Shown: positions 49,582-60,550 of the stretch, piece after piece
Position numbering within the stretch: the stretch's first letter is position 1
Layout of the letters: every line of letters begins with the position of its first letter
NCBI GenBank assembly: GCA_015057455.1
Contig: SVEH01000004.1
Location: forward strand, 49,916 to 113,915
Length of the DNA stretch: 64,000 nucleotides
Direction: 5' to 3'
Source: Lachnospiraceae bacterium
GTDB taxonomy: Bacteria; Bacillota; Clostridia; Lachnospirales; Lachnospiraceae
The notes under the pieces: generated by a model
The model's database searches: none
What the model was told of the DNA's origin: nothing
The model's input: the letters and a program-made list of their open reading frames with translations, nothing else
Translations under genes and position numbers: made by a program

Positions 49582-51228
49582 ATGGTAAATAGTAAACAAG
49601 CTAAATTAGGAGTTGTAATAACAGGAGCATTACTCATTGTATTGACAGGATTATTACATGGAATGTTCAATATACTAAATATTAAGATAAGTGCAGTTAT
49701 GGGAGTATTTTACCTTTTAATGATTGCATATTATTGCTTTTTTGAAAAGTATAAAGTAGAAAGTGAACGTGCAAAAAAGAATAAACTATTATTGGTATTT
49801 AGTATAGTTGTAGAATTATTAGTTTTTATTGGTTTTTTGGTAGAGGTAAGATATTGTGCATTACCAAATACTACATTGTATATGATGATATTTGGTATAT
49901 TGGTATGTTACTGTGCTAATACATTAGCATTTTTTAAAAAAGAGGTAAGTGTTAGATTTAAATATTTGGTATTAGCTGAGTTTGTAATAGGATATATTTT
50001 AACAGCTAGAGTTACAACAAACTGGATTTTCTTTATACCTATTCCTATGATTGTAATTTGTGCAATTTATGGAGAAGCTAAGTTTTTAAAAATAGCAGGT
50101 GTAACATTAATTGCTGCAACAATATATTCTAGTGTATGGAAAGTTCAAACTATGTCTTTAGCCGAAGGACCAATATATTATGCATGGTCATATATGACAG
50201 TTATATTAGCCTATGTTGCATTCTTTATATGTATAATAAATATATCTAAGGTATTTGGAGCAGCTAATCAAAAGAAATATGAAGAAATCAATGACAAGAA
50301 GGAAAGAATAAAAGAATTATCAGATAAAGTAATTGTTATTGGAAAAGAAATTAAAGATAAAGTATACAAAACTAATAGTGTTATTGATGAGCTAGAAGTG
50401 GCAACAAATGACTCATTAACTATTTTTGAAGATATAGAAAAAGAGAATTTAGAGAATGCTAAAAGTGCAGATGTACAGACTGATATGACTATGAATATTA
50501 GAAATATGATTAGTGAAGTTAAGTCTGATGTTGCAAAGGCAACATTATCTAAAAAAAGTTCTTATGAAGGATTAGTTAACAGTAAAAAATCAGTAAATAG
50601 CTTAAAGGACAAGTCAAAGATTATAATAGATAGTAATAATCAAGTTATTGTAGAAATAAATGAGTTTGTAGAAAATATAAAAAGCGTTAAGAAGATATTA
50701 GAAGAAATAATTGATATATCAGAACAAACAGATTTATTATCATTAAATGCATCAATGGAAAGTGCAAGAGCAGGTGAGATAGGTAAGGGATTTGCTGTTG
50801 TTGCAGGTGAAATTAAGAGTTTAGCAGATGGTTCGGATAACCTTATTAATGATATAACTTTATTAATGTCAAAACTAGAGAGCAATACAATTAAAGCAAA
50901 ACATACTATTAATGAGGTTGTAACAGCTGTTAATAAGGAAAATACTACAATCGAAGATACAGTAGAAAGTATTAAGAAAATGGATACATTTATAGCTGGC
51001 TTGGGAGAAAATATAAAGAATATTTCATTAAAAGTAGAAGATGTAGTTAATTATAATAAAAAACTAGAAGAACAATCTAAAGAGTTATCCTATTCAAGTA
51101 ATAGTTTAAGTGATAAAACAAAGAATATAGTTGTTTTAAATGAAGAAAATAAGGATAAAGCAGAAAAAACAAAACAAATGATGGAAGAGTTATTAGAAAT
51201 TGTTAAAGAATTAGATGCTTATATGTAA
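49582..51228 (+). CDS. Methyl-accepting chemotaxis protein, polytopic membrane sensor (paralog of the preceding gene)
   Basis: AAGGTG RBS before ATG 49582. About 7 TMs. Tip [35 protein letters not shown]. Confidence 0.85.
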   Translation: MVNSKQAKLGVVITGALLIVLTGLLHGMFNILNIKISAVMGVFYLLMIAYYCFFEKYKVESERAKKNKLLLVFSIVVELLVFIGFLVEVRYCALPNTTLYMMIFGILVCYCANTLAFFKKEVSVRFKYLVLAEFVIGYILTARVTTNWIFFIPIPMIVICAIYGEAKFLKIAGVTLIAATIYSSVWKVQTMSLAEGPIYYAWSYMTVILAYVAFFICIINISKVFGAANQKKYEEINDKKERIKELSDKVIVIGKEIKDKVYKTNSVIDELEVATNDSLTIFEDIEKENLENAKSADVQTDMTMNIRNMISEVKSDVAKATLSKKSSYEGLVNSKKSVNSLKDKSKIIIDSNNQVIVEINEFVENIKSVKKILEEIIDISEQTDLLSLNASMESARAGEIGKGFAVVAGEIKSLADGSDNLINDITLLMSKLESNTIKAKHTINEVVTAVNKENTTIEDTVESIKKMDTFIAGLGENIKNISLKVEDVVNYNKKLEEQSKELSYSSNSLSDKTKNIVVLNEENKDKAEKTKQMMEELLEIVKELDAYM

Positions 51229-51260
51229 AATAATAAAGTGTTAACAAGGTTGTGAAAAAT

Positions 51261-51320
51261 AAGAGAGTATTTAAATATTAGATAAAATATAACTAATATT
51301 TAAATACTCTCTTATTTTAT
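51261..51320 (+). terminator. Rho-independent terminator
   Basis: aagagagtatttaaatatta / taatatttaaatactctctt perfect 20-bp stem, followed by attttat. Confidence 0.8.
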
Positions 51321-51559
51321 TATTTCATAGGAAAGTGCGATTTTACATTGTAGGTTCCTATGAAATGAATGTTTTGGGAGGCTACATACAAATACGTAAA
51401 GTTTTTTCTTTTTAATAAGATAGATTGTATAAGAATTTATAATAAGTTGATAGAGGGTTACATATTTTTACAACTATAAAAAAATGGTATAATAGTGGTA
51501 GAGATGTTTAAAAATGTATATTAAAATTTTGATTATAAATAATTATGAAGGTGATGTAA

Positions 51560-54500
51560 ATGAGAAAGAGAAGGGTTATAGGAAATACAATAAGTTTCTT
51601 GTTGGTATGCTTTATATTAGGATGCTTGTTTTCACTTGAAAAAATTGATGTTGATAATAAAGAGGAAAAAACTATAGCAGCGGAAATACATGATTGGAAA
51701 TTGACACTTGGAGGCAGTGGATATGATTCATTTGATGATATTTATCAAACAGCAGACGGTGGTTATATAGCTGCGTTAAGTTCAGGTTCCAACTCAATAA
51801 ATGGAATTGCCAATAAAAGTGATGGTTATACATCATATATAATTAAATATGATAAGGAGTTTAATGTACAATGGACTACGTGTATTAAAGGTAAGGGATA
51901 TACTTTTGTTATTAATATTGTAGAATTAAAAGATGGTAGTTTTGTAGCAGCAGGATGTAGTGACGCAACAGATATAATTGGGCATAAAAATAAAGGATAT
52001 TATGATGCTCTTTTATATAAATTTGATAAAAATGGAAAACAACTTTGGGCTAAAGGAATGGGAGGAGAAGGAGAAGATGAAGCATATGGTATAACTGCTC
52101 TTTCTGATGGTGGTTATGTAGTATGTTATAATATTGATTATAAGAATGACAGTAAAGGAATCTTAGTTAGATATAATAAAAATGATGAAGAGGTATGGAG
52201 ACAAGAGATAGGAGATTCTAATAATGATACAGACTCAATAATTTCTTCAACTGAATGTTCTGATGGAAGTATTATTGTATTGGGCCAATGTGATGGTAAT
52301 AGCTTATATGGTCAAAAAATAAAGGGATACCGAGATGCAGTGATGATTAAATATAGTGCTAATGGAACTAGACAATGGGCTAAATTATTGGGTGGAAATG
52401 ATGATGATGCATTTTTCTTTGCAGAAGAATATTCAGATGGAAGTATAATTGTAACAGGTATAACATATTCAACAAACTTACCTGGTGTAGAAAATAATGG
52501 AGATCAAGATAATTTAACTGCTAGATATGACAAAGATGGAAATTTAATGTGGGTAAAAAGTATAGGTGGAAATGATGAGGACAATATTGATTTATTAGTA
52601 AAAACATCAGAATCAACATTTGCTGTGTCTGGAGGTTTTGATTCTAGTAGTGTAGAAGGACATTCCAATAAAGGAAGCTCAGATATATGTATGCTTGAAT
52701 ATGACTTAAATGGTAATATACTTAATTCGTATGCTTTCGGTGGTAATGGTTATGATGATATATTAGCAATAATTCGTGGTTATGATAATAATATAATATT
52801 ATGTGGTGATACAAGTTCTACTAATTTACCTGGAATAACTAATAAAGGAGATAGCGATGGAATAATTATTAGTTATAAATTGCAAGAGTTACCTCCAGTA
52901 TCAATAGATTTAAATAAAATAAAGATACATTCAGTGTATGATGAGAATTATAGGAATGTTACGTTTACATTGCCAGAGGTATATTTTCCGTTTAAAGGCT
53001 ATTCTTATGTAATAGATAAAGTAGCAAGAACTGTGCCAGATAATTCGGTAGAGATAGAATATGATGCAGAGAAGATTGAGTACAAAGTACATAGAGATGA
53101 CACTTCAAAGTATTACTTACATATAAAGGCACTTAATACATCAGGTACTGTAATAGATACAAAACATGTATTGTTGGATAATCCAGTACTTACAGCTCAA
53201 GTAAATGATAAGAGAGATAGTATACATTTAGAGTGGTCGTTAACTGATAAAACAAATAAACAATTTAGAGTATTTCAGAAGAAACCAGGGGATACTGAAT
53301 ACCAAAGCATATCTATGACTAATTTTTCAGCTACAAAACAAGTTAGAGTTTTAAATATATACCCAGATTCTAAGAATATGCCAGTTCCTGTTACTGGTAA
53401 AACAAAATTTACAACATGGGATGGGGAAACTTTAACTTTACCTAATTCTGCCTTGTTGAAAAAATGGATGGAAGAACCTAATAAAGAACACGCTAAAGGG
53501 TATGGAAAAGGACTTATGGAAGTTACACCAATAAGTGTAGATGCGTTTAATGTAGATCCTAGAGGTACATTAATAGATAGTAAAGGGGAATATAAATATG
53601 ATGTTATTATGTATGGTTCCTGGGATGATTGTAGTTATCATCCAATAAATGCTGAGGGATATAAGGCAATACATGATTTTTTAAAAAGTGGTAGAGGATA
53701 TTTAGGTGGACATGATACATTATGGTATAATTGGGTAGATGAAGATGAAGCAATAAAAGAAGCTAGTGTAGGCGATTACAGAGAGTTATTTAACATTAGA
53801 TTTTTTAATGAGGATTATGGATATGAAGTAGGTAATGATAGAGAGTATGGTGTATCATTTGAGTCTTCAACAGTTATTTTGAAGAAAAAGGGATTGCTTA
53901 CTAGTTATCCATGGAGCTTAGGGGATATAGGAACAAAACTTACAGTTCCTACTACACATGCTTGGGATAAATTGATGATGGGTGATATTTGGATGGCATT
54001 TCCAGAAAATACATATAGAGGGCCAGAGGTTCTTAAACCAAGCGCGCCATATGTAAATTCATATTTGCATACATGGAATAATACCACATATACGGAAATA
54101 GGTCATAGTAATGGTGCAGCAACAGCTGATGAACAGAAAATATTAGCCAATGCATTGTTTTATTTAAATCAAATTAGTGCAGATACTAGTTTAGATGATT
54201 TTAGTGCTCAGGATATTGCAACTCCTAATATGCCAAAAATTAATTCGTGTCAAATTTTAGATACGGGATCAGCAATAGTTGGTTTTGGTGCAGTAGAGGA
54301 TAATGGTAGTGAGTATTCATATTATGTAGAAAGTTCAACAAAGGATAATAATGTATTAACATTATCTAATAAAGTTGAAAAAATAGTAACATCTGGAATC
54401 AAAGGATATAGTTACACAGTAGATAATAAAAGTAATACAGAAGTAGATAATAAAGTTGATATTACAAGTGCGGGAGAAATTACTTTTGATTATTCAACTA

Positions 54501-54934
54501 AAACAAAATATATACATATAAAGGCTATAGATAACGCTGGCAATTATAGTGAAACATATCATTTTGAAATTTCAGAACTAGAGGGACCTCCTATATCAGA
54601 TGCAGCAAGATTACAAGATAATAAGATTGATTTTATAAAAAATCTACTGGATAAAGGAGTTAAGAATAGTAATACAGGAAAGAGTATTAAAAGAATAATT
54701 CCAAAACGAGAAGCTAATAATGGCGGTATTAAGGTAGTACAACCTAACGGAATTGTTAAGAAAAGACAAGTAGATTCAGTTAACAGTCCTAGCAAATATG
54801 TAGGTGTTAAGAATTCTATTAGTAAAGATAAAGTAAATAAAAAGGCAAACAGTAATATATTTATTATAGTATTTGTATCAATTATATTTATAAACAGTAT
54901 GATAGCTGTTTTGCGTCGAATAAGGAATAAATAA
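51560..54934 (+). CDS. Large surface protein: signal anchor, six beta-propeller-type repeats, Ig/Fn-like modules, C-terminal TM anchor
   Basis: Six repeats of about 55 aa of the type (L/M/I/F)GGxGxDxxxx...DG(G/S)(Y/I)(I/V)(V/A). C-terminal IFIIVFVSIIFINSMIAVLRRIRNK. Confidence 0.65.
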   Translation: MRKRRVIGNTISFLLVCFILGCLFSLEKIDVDNKEEKTIAAEIHDWKLTLGGSGYDSFDDIYQTADGGYIAALSSGSNSINGIANKSDGYTSYIIKYDKEFNVQWTTCIKGKGYTFVINIVELKDGSFVAAGCSDATDIIGHKNKGYYDALLYKFDKNGKQLWAKGMGGEGEDEAYGITALSDGGYVVCYNIDYKNDSKGILVRYNKNDEEVWRQEIGDSNNDTDSIISSTECSDGSIIVLGQCDGNSLYGQKIKGYRDAVMIKYSANGTRQWAKLLGGNDDDAFFFAEEYSDGSIIVTGITYSTNLPGVENNGDQDNLTARYDKDGNLMWVKSIGGNDEDNIDLLVKTSESTFAVSGGFDSSSVEGHSNKGSSDICMLEYDLNGNILNSYAFGGNGYDDILAIIRGYDNNIILCGDTSSTNLPGITNKGDSDGIIISYKLQELPPVSIDLNKIKIHSVYDENYRNVTFTLPEVYFPFKGYSYVIDKVARTVPDNSVEIEYDAEKIEYKVHRDDTSKYYLHIKALNTSGTVIDTKHVLLDNPVLTAQVNDKRDSIHLEWSLTDKTNKQFRVFQKKPGDTEYQSISMTNFSATKQVRVLNIYPDSKNMPVPVTGKTKFTTWDGETLTLPNSALLKKWMEEPNKEHAKGYGKGLMEVTPISVDAFNVDPRGTLIDSKGEYKYDVIMYGSWDDCSYHPINAEGYKAIHDFLKSGRGYLGGHDTLWYNWVDEDEAIKEASVGDYRELFNIRFFNEDYGYEVGNDREYGVSFESSTVILKKKGLLTSYPWSLGDIGTKLTVPTTHAWDKLMMGDIWMAFPENTYRGPEVLKPSAPYVNSYLHTWNNTTYTEIGHSNGAATADEQKILANALFYLNQISADTSLDDFSAQDIATPNMPKINSCQILDTGSAIVGFGAVEDNGSEYSYYVESSTKDNNVLTLSNKVEKIVTSGIKGYSYTVDNKSNTEVDNKVDITSAGEITFDYSTKTKYIHIKAIDNAGNYSETYHFEISELEGPPISDAARLQDNKIDFIKNLLDKGVKNSNTGKSIKRIIPKREANNGGIKVVQPNGIVKKRQVDSVNSPSKYVGVKNSISKDKVNKKANSNIFIIVFVSIIFINSMIAVLRRIRNK

Positions 54935-54999
54935 ACTATAATTTGTAGGTTTAGGCCCCTGTTAGAATGACAGGGGCCTAAGTCTACAAATTATAGTTT
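54933..54999. terminator. Intact palindromic element / bidirectional terminator between convergent genes
   Basis: Outer arms aaactataatttgtag (54933-54948) / ctacaaattatagttt (54984-54999). Inner GC hairpin aggcccctgt / acaggggcct. The stop codon of the upstream gene lies in the left arm. Confidence 0.75.
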
Positions 55000-55060
55000 A
55001 TTCTTCTGAAGGATTTTCTATGTATATAAATAGTGATAATGGTTACGAAAAGATATATTT

Positions 55061-56656
55061 TTATTCACCTATCTTAAAAGTATAAGATGAGTTATTTAAT
55101 GTAATTACATTATTATTATATGGTTCAGATAGAGAATCGTCTGATTTATTATATATGTTTACTGAATGAATAATAATTTCATTTTCTTCAGAGGAATCTT
55201 CAACATGTATATTCCATGTGTAATTATTAATGTTTTCTTTTGTTGTGCCTTTTATCACATGGGATAAGTCTATATAAAATTGACCGCGGTCAATTTTTTC
55301 AGCATCGTTAAATGAGTAAGGTCCTAAACCAAATTCCATTGCATTTGAAAATGGGGCAGGTGTGAATGTTTTGGTTGTTCCATCGTTTGATGTAGCAGAA
55401 ATAGTAACATTTATGGAATCAAGATCTTTTGTTTGAATATCTAAAACGGCATAACAATCATCATACTGTGAATTTAGGTCTACATTTATACCCATTATAT
55501 TATATAAACCACAAGTTCTTTTGAAATTGCGTAATTTACTTGTATCTATATCAGATTTTATCTTTAATGCATCATAGGACATCCATATAAATCCGTCATT
55601 TCCTTCTTCAGTTCCCCATGAATTAGCTAGTTTGAAAGCTCCTTTTTCACCTTCTTCAACTTGTTTGTTTTTATTTATATCAACCCAAATGTTATCATCA
55701 TAGCCAACAATAGTCATTCGATGTGCTAAGTAATTAATACCACTAGAACGTGTTATAATTGTTTCACCTTTGTATGTAGCATTGTTAGGTGCTTTGTCAG
55801 ATTTTTTTATTTTTGCAGTTTTCCATCTGTGAGGATATGTAGAACAAGTAAGTACTTCTCCAGCTGCAAGGGCTTGTTTAATAGCTAGAATATCTTCATC
55901 AGTATACACTAATTGAGAAGCATCAGTTATTGTTGGGTCTACTGATGGTCCAATATAAAAGTGTTCTTTTACACGATAGTTACTTGCTTCCATCCATAAA
56001 TCTTTTGAAGTGCGTACATTCTTTACATCATTTTCATTCTCAAGGGTATCCACAGGAACTGAATCAATGGATACGACACCTATTTCAGTTACAATTTTCA
56101 TAATATCACTTATATAAGTTGCATTATTAAGTCCATCATTAATCATATTATAAACCCATGTTGGTGAAAATTTATTCTCTAGTAAACTAGCATCGCGATT
56201 AAGCTCTTTATTAACTGTGTAAGAAAGTTGGTAGTATACAGTAGCAAATGCGTTGCAAGAATTAAGCTCACCTTGATTCATAATATTTGGAAAATACTTG
56301 GTTGCACTATTATCTACAGTTGAAGGTATAGATGTATTAGTAGTTATATTTGGTGCACCTGTAGAATCATCATCTATGTTAATAGTAGAAGTGTCGTATG
56401 AAGTAAGTTGAAAATTTGTAGTCTGAGAGTTTTTATTCTTTAGATAATATAATACGTCATCACTGGAATTAAGTTCAATTAATTTTGTATCACCAAGTTT
56501 TTCTTTTATTTTGGTAATTGTGAGATTTTCATCTGTTATTTGAGTGTTTTGCTCAACATTATGAGCGTTAGATACTAGAGGTTGCGATATAACACTAGCC
56601 AATAATATAGCAGCAACCACAGATATAGAAGTTTTCTTTAAAAATGAATTTAACAT
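55061..56656 (-). CDS. Secreted papain-like (C1 family) cysteine peptidase
   Basis: Signal peptide. QGELNSCNAFA (Cys), LAHRMTIVGYDDN (His), LANSWGTEEGNDGFIWMSYD (Asn/Trp block). C-terminal beta-rich domain. Confidence 0.75.
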   Translation of the reverse strand: MLNSFLKKTSISVVAAILLASVISQPLVSNAHNVEQNTQITDENLTITKIKEKLGDTKLIELNSSDDVLYYLKNKNSQTTNFQLTSYDTSTINIDDDSTGAPNITTNTSIPSTVDNSATKYFPNIMNQGELNSCNAFATVYYQLSYTVNKELNRDASLLENKFSPTWVYNMINDGLNNATYISDIMKIVTEIGVVSIDSVPVDTLENENDVKNVRTSKDLWMEASNYRVKEHFYIGPSVDPTITDASQLVYTDEDILAIKQALAAGEVLTCSTYPHRWKTAKIKKSDKAPNNATYKGETIITRSSGINYLAHRMTIVGYDDNIWVDINKNKQVEEGEKGAFKLANSWGTEEGNDGFIWMSYDALKIKSDIDTSKLRNFKRTCGLYNIMGINVDLNSQYDDCYAVLDIQTKDLDSINVTISATSNDGTTKTFTPAPFSNAMEFGLGPYSFNDAEKIDRGQFYIDLSHVIKGTTKENINNYTWNIHVEDSSEENEIIIHSVNIYNKSDDSLSEPYNNNVITLNNSSYTFKIGE

Positions 56657-56889
56657 ATTTGTAATCCCCTTATTTATAATCCCTTTGTTTGTAGTATTTA
56701 TTAATAAAAATCTAGCATTAATATAAAATGTATTATATTAAATGACTATATAATTATGAATAAATTATATAATAAATATTACGAGATGCGCAATAAAAGA
56801 GAATAAATATAATTAAGTTATAATAAATTGTTAATATAATATTAATATTAATACTAAGGGAATATAGAAATAAATTATTGGGCAAATAT

Positions 56890-56916
56890 TAATCTAAATT
56901 TTAAAATGGACGATAT
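56890..56916 (+). promoter_or_regulatory. SigD-like promoter candidate for the MCP at 57073
   Basis: TAAT(56890-56893)-N15-GACGATAT(56909-56916). Confidence 0.35.
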
Positions 56917-57000
56917 TTTCAAGTGGTGGAATGTACATTTCTTATTTTGTAAGAAGGTACAATCTAAGATTGTTGTCAAGTTTCTCATGAGTGAGGGAGA

Positions 57001-57088
57001 TAGGGAACTGAAGATGACTTGTCATCTTTGTTCTTATTCTGGCAATATAAAACTTCTGAATGGAGGAGTAATATGGGTGAGGAATTAA
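57001..57088 (+). promoter_or_regulatory. Conserved 32-nt leader motif, copy B, with a 24-codon mini-ORF overlapping the MCP start
   Basis: tagggaactgaagatgacttgtcatctttgtt (57001-57032). ATG 57014 to TAA 57088 ([24 protein letters not shown]) overlaps ATG 57073. Confidence 0.4.
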
Positions 57089-58857
57089 AAATAGATAAAG
57101 TTAATAATAAAAAAGTATCAAAGTTTAGGATGAAGAATTCTATATCATTGAGGATTGCAGTAGTATTAGTTGCTATGATTGTGATGGTTATTGCAAGTGG
57201 TATTATAGGAATTCTTATGAGTGAAAATGTACAGCGTAGAAGTGAATTAATAATGGATTATTATACAAAGTTATTAAGTCAACAAAACGATGTTACAAAG
57301 TTAGTTTCTGAAGTTGAAGCATATACATTAAGAATGCCTAAGGACGGTGGAGAGGCATTTACTGTGCAAATAAACTTAGAAAAGGATGTTGCTGAGGCTA
57401 AAGAGAGTATTGAAGCAATGACAGATACATGTAATAAAATTAATGATTCAGCTTTAAGTGAAAGCTATAAGGTGTGGAATGAGGCAGTACATAATTTTGT
57501 TGATACAGTACATGGAATGAAGAGCAAGATAAATGAAAATCAGACTTCTCAAGGAAATTATGTTGCTCCGGAGGTTAAGGAAGTAAGAGTTGCTTTAAAT
57601 GAGGGAAAGGCTGCTTTTCAAGAAACATTAGAGAAGTGTATTGCGAATCAAAGACAAAATGTTAGAAACTCCGTAGATATTTCTAATAAGATAGAATTGA
57701 TATCAATGAGCTTAATACTTGTAATTTGTTTGATTGTAATTTTTGTAGTATTTACAACAGTTTCAAAACCGATTGTTAGAGGAAGTAAAGATGTTCAAAA
57801 GATTGTAAATGGTATAGAAAAAGAAGAAGGAGATTTAACAGTTAGACTAAACTATAAGTCCAGTGATGAAGTAGGACAAATGGTAAGCTCGTTTAATAGT
57901 TTTATGGATACTTTGCAAAATACTATAATGCTTATAAAGGAAAGTACTGTTAATATAAATAAAGTATCTTATGATCTAAAGAAACATACTGAACAGTGTG
58001 AGGGTTCCACATCAAGAATATCCTTGGTAATGGAAGATCTTACAGCTAATATGCAAGAGATAAATTCAGCTTTAGAAGTTATGGTAGAAGGAGCGTATAA
58101 AGTGAAAGATGCTGTTAATGGTATGGCAGATGTTGCTTTAAATGGTGAAGAAAAAGTTAAAGAAATTGCTCAAAAGGCAGATGAAATAAACAAAGATACA
58201 CTGAAACAAAAACAAGATACACTAAAGATGGTAGAAGATATTGCACAAGCTATAGGGACAGCAGTAGAAAAAACAAAATCAGTAGAGAGAATAAATGAAT
58301 TAACAGAAGATATTTTTGCTATATCAGGACAAACTAATTTATTAGCGTTAAATGCTTCTATTGAAGCTGCAAGAGCAGGAGAGTCTGGACGAGGATTTTC
58401 AGTAGTTGCAGATGAAATTAGAATTCTTGCAGATAATACAAAAGATACAGTTTCAGCTATACAAAGTATTAGTTCAATAGTAACTGAATCAGTTTCAGAA
58501 TTAGTTAATTGTACAAATGATATTATGAAATATGTATCTCATAATGTAGTAAATGATTATGATAAATTTGTGTCTATATCAGAAAATTATGAAAAAGATT
58601 CATTATTAATGAATGACATATTAGAAGAGTTTGTAGGTAAGACACATAAATTAGAAGAAAATATGAACGATTTAAGTAATGGTGTTGGCAGTATAGCTTC
58701 GTCCATTAACGAATGTACAAATGGTGTGGAAAGTGCTACGCATCATATTGAAAATTTAGTTAAGGAAATAGGAGATATTACGGAAGAAGTTAAGTCTAAT
58801 AAGAAAGTAGCAAATATTCTAGAAGATAATATTAATAGATTTAAAAAGGTACAATAA
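57073..58857 (+). CDS. Methyl-accepting chemotaxis protein (helical extracytoplasmic sensor, HAMP)
   Basis: GGAGG RBS before ATG 57073. Two TMs around a region of about 180 aa, HAMP, tip [35 protein letters not shown]. Confidence 0.9.
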   Translation: MGEELKIDKVNNKKVSKFRMKNSISLRIAVVLVAMIVMVIASGIIGILMSENVQRRSELIMDYYTKLLSQQNDVTKLVSEVEAYTLRMPKDGGEAFTVQINLEKDVAEAKESIEAMTDTCNKINDSALSESYKVWNEAVHNFVDTVHGMKSKINENQTSQGNYVAPEVKEVRVALNEGKAAFQETLEKCIANQRQNVRNSVDISNKIELISMSLILVICLIVIFVVFTTVSKPIVRGSKDVQKIVNGIEKEEGDLTVRLNYKSSDEVGQMVSSFNSFMDTLQNTIMLIKESTVNINKVSYDLKKHTEQCEGSTSRISLVMEDLTANMQEINSALEVMVEGAYKVKDAVNGMADVALNGEEKVKEIAQKADEINKDTLKQKQDTLKMVEDIAQAIGTAVEKTKSVERINELTEDIFAISGQTNLLALNASIEAARAGESGRGFSVVADEIRILADNTKDTVSAIQSISSIVTESVSELVNCTNDIMKYVSHNVVNDYDKFVSISENYEKDSLLMNDILEEFVGKTHKLEENMNDLSNGVGSIASSINECTNGVESATHHIENLVKEIGDITEEVKSNKKVANILEDNINRFKKVQ

Positions 58858-58919
58858 TATCAACTGTTGTAAGGTTGAGACAAAATATAATGAAACATAT
58901 AAAACAAGGAGGCAAAAAA

Positions 58920-59732
58920 ATGAGATTAAAAAAAGTTATGGCATTAATGATGGCTACAACAATGGTTGCATCAGCATTAGTTGGTTGTGGTGGACAACAG
59001 GGAGGACAAGGAGGTCAAGGTACAGAAACTAAAGAAGAGGGAAAGAAAGAAGAAAAAGTAATAAAAGTTGGTATGGAAGTAGCATACCCACCATTTGAGT
59101 ATTTTGAAGAGGATCAAACAACTATTACAGGTTTAGACCATGATTTGGCAGTTGCAATAGGTAAAGAACTTGGTTATAAAGTTGAGTTTGTAAATATAGA
59201 GTGGGATAAAATATTTACAGGATTAGAAGAAAAACAATATGATGTTATAATGTCTGCAATAACAATTACAGATGAGAGAAAAGCTAAATATGATTTTTCA
59301 ACACCATATATTCAAAATTATCAGTGTTTAGTTGCATTAAAGAGTGCACTTGTTAAACCAATGGATTTAACTCAATTAACTGGTCAAACAGTAGGATGTT
59401 TAACTGAGAGTACATCAGCAGATTATGTAAATAATTTCATAAAAGCTAATGCAATTGTAAGCACAGTAAAACCATATGATGTAATGCTAGATGCATTTAC
59501 AGATTTAAAAAATGGTCTTATAGGAGCGGTTGTGTGTGATTCAACTTTGGCAGATCAATATTGTAAAGATCCTACATATGAGATGACTTGGAAACAACAA
59601 GATAATCCAGAAGAGTTTGCAGTATGTTTCCCTAAAGGCTCAGAACTTGTACCTGAGTTTAATAAGGCTATTGAAACATTAAAAACAAATGGAGAACTTG
59701 ATAAAATTATTACAATGTATTTAGGAAAATAA
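58920..59732 (+). CDS. Amino-acid ABC transporter substrate-binding lipoprotein (family 3 SBP)
   Basis: Lipobox LVGCGG, Gly/Gln linker, GMEVAYPPFEY, IEWDKIFTGLEEKQYDVIMSAITIT. AGGAGG before ATG 58920. Confidence 0.85.
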   Translation: MRLKKVMALMMATTMVASALVGCGGQQGGQGGQGTETKEEGKKEEKVIKVGMEVAYPPFEYFEEDQTTITGLDHDLAVAIGKELGYKVEFVNIEWDKIFTGLEEKQYDVIMSAITITDERKAKYDFSTPYIQNYQCLVALKSALVKPMDLTQLTGQTVGCLTESTSADYVNNFIKANAIVSTVKPYDVMLDAFTDLKNGLIGAVVCDSTLADQYCKDPTYEMTWKQQDNPEEFAVCFPKGSELVPEFNKAIETLKTNGELDKIITMYLGK

Positions 59733-59760
59733 TAAAGTAAATATTAAATAAAATTTTTTA

Positions 59761-59780
59761 GGCTCTGCGAAAGTGGAGCC
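59761..59780 (+). terminator. Short hairpin related to the inner end of the MITE-like family; likely terminator
   Basis: ggctctgcgaaagtggagcc (stem ggctc/gagcc); compare ggctccgcacaagtggagtc at 34005-34024. Confidence 0.4.
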
Positions 59781-59897
59781 AATTATTTTAGGCATTGTTA
59801 TCAGTTTGATTGTATGCTTAAGTTTATTATAGTTGCACATTGTTTATTATGTATGTAATAAAAAATTTGCCTAAAGAGAGGAAGTAGACTAATAAAA

Positions 59898-60392
59898 ATG
59901 TATTTTCAAGGGTTAAGTAAAGCATTTGATGAAGTATTTAATAAAGTATTTAATGAAGAGCGTATAGAACGCATTTCAAAAATGAAGAAAAGGAATGTAT
60001 ATATTTTAATTCTAGTAATTACGGCAATAATATGGCTGTTTTTATATAATTATAAACCATCATCAGGTTTTGTCGAAGTTGAAGCTACTATAAAAGATTA
60101 TGGAATTAGAGATGAACTGTGGCGCAGGCGTGATAAAAGTTTACATTTATATACACATATAAGATATGTGTATAATGGACATAAATTAGGTTTATATGAA
60201 TATGATGAGTATAAATTTGGATGGAGCAAAGGTGATAAAATAAAGATATATGTAAATCCTAAGAATATATTACATGTTTATACTACTAGATACCATAGAA
60301 GATTTTTAGGGTATTGTTGTATAATTGTGTGTTTTATTACACATGCAATATTTACTAGAGTAGATAAGAGAATGAAAGAAAAAGAAATTTAA
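59898..60392 (+). CDS. Small membrane protein (TM - beta-rich domain - TM; DUF3592-like layout)
   Basis: Two TMs (VYILILVITAIIWLFLY; FLGYCCIIVCFITHAIF) flanking about 90 aa. Start uncertain (ATG 59898 or 59982). Confidence 0.4.
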   Translation: MYFQGLSKAFDEVFNKVFNEERIERISKMKKRNVYILILVITAIIWLFLYNYKPSSGFVEVEATIKDYGIRDELWRRRDKSLHLYTHIRYVYNGHKLGLYEYDEYKFGWSKGDKIKIYVNPKNILHVYTTRYHRRFLGYCCIIVCFITHAIFTRVDKRMKEKEI

Positions 60393-60550
60393 AGAAATAA
60401 GTAAAATTTATTTAGCAAAAATGTTGTTTATAAAGAGAAAGTTATAATAATCTAAAATACGAGGTATAATTTTGACTTTCAATTATTATGTTATTATACT
60501 TATGATTAGATGTTAGTATAATAAAATTAAAAATTGGGAGGAGAATGTAA

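Noticed and set aside
56906-57088. 60-aa ORF upstream of and overlapping the MCP at 57073
   Set aside because: The full-length ORF has no RBS at 56906. Only its last 24 codons (from ATG 57014, preceded by GGGAA/GGGAG) are retained, as a possible leader mini-ORF in the findings.
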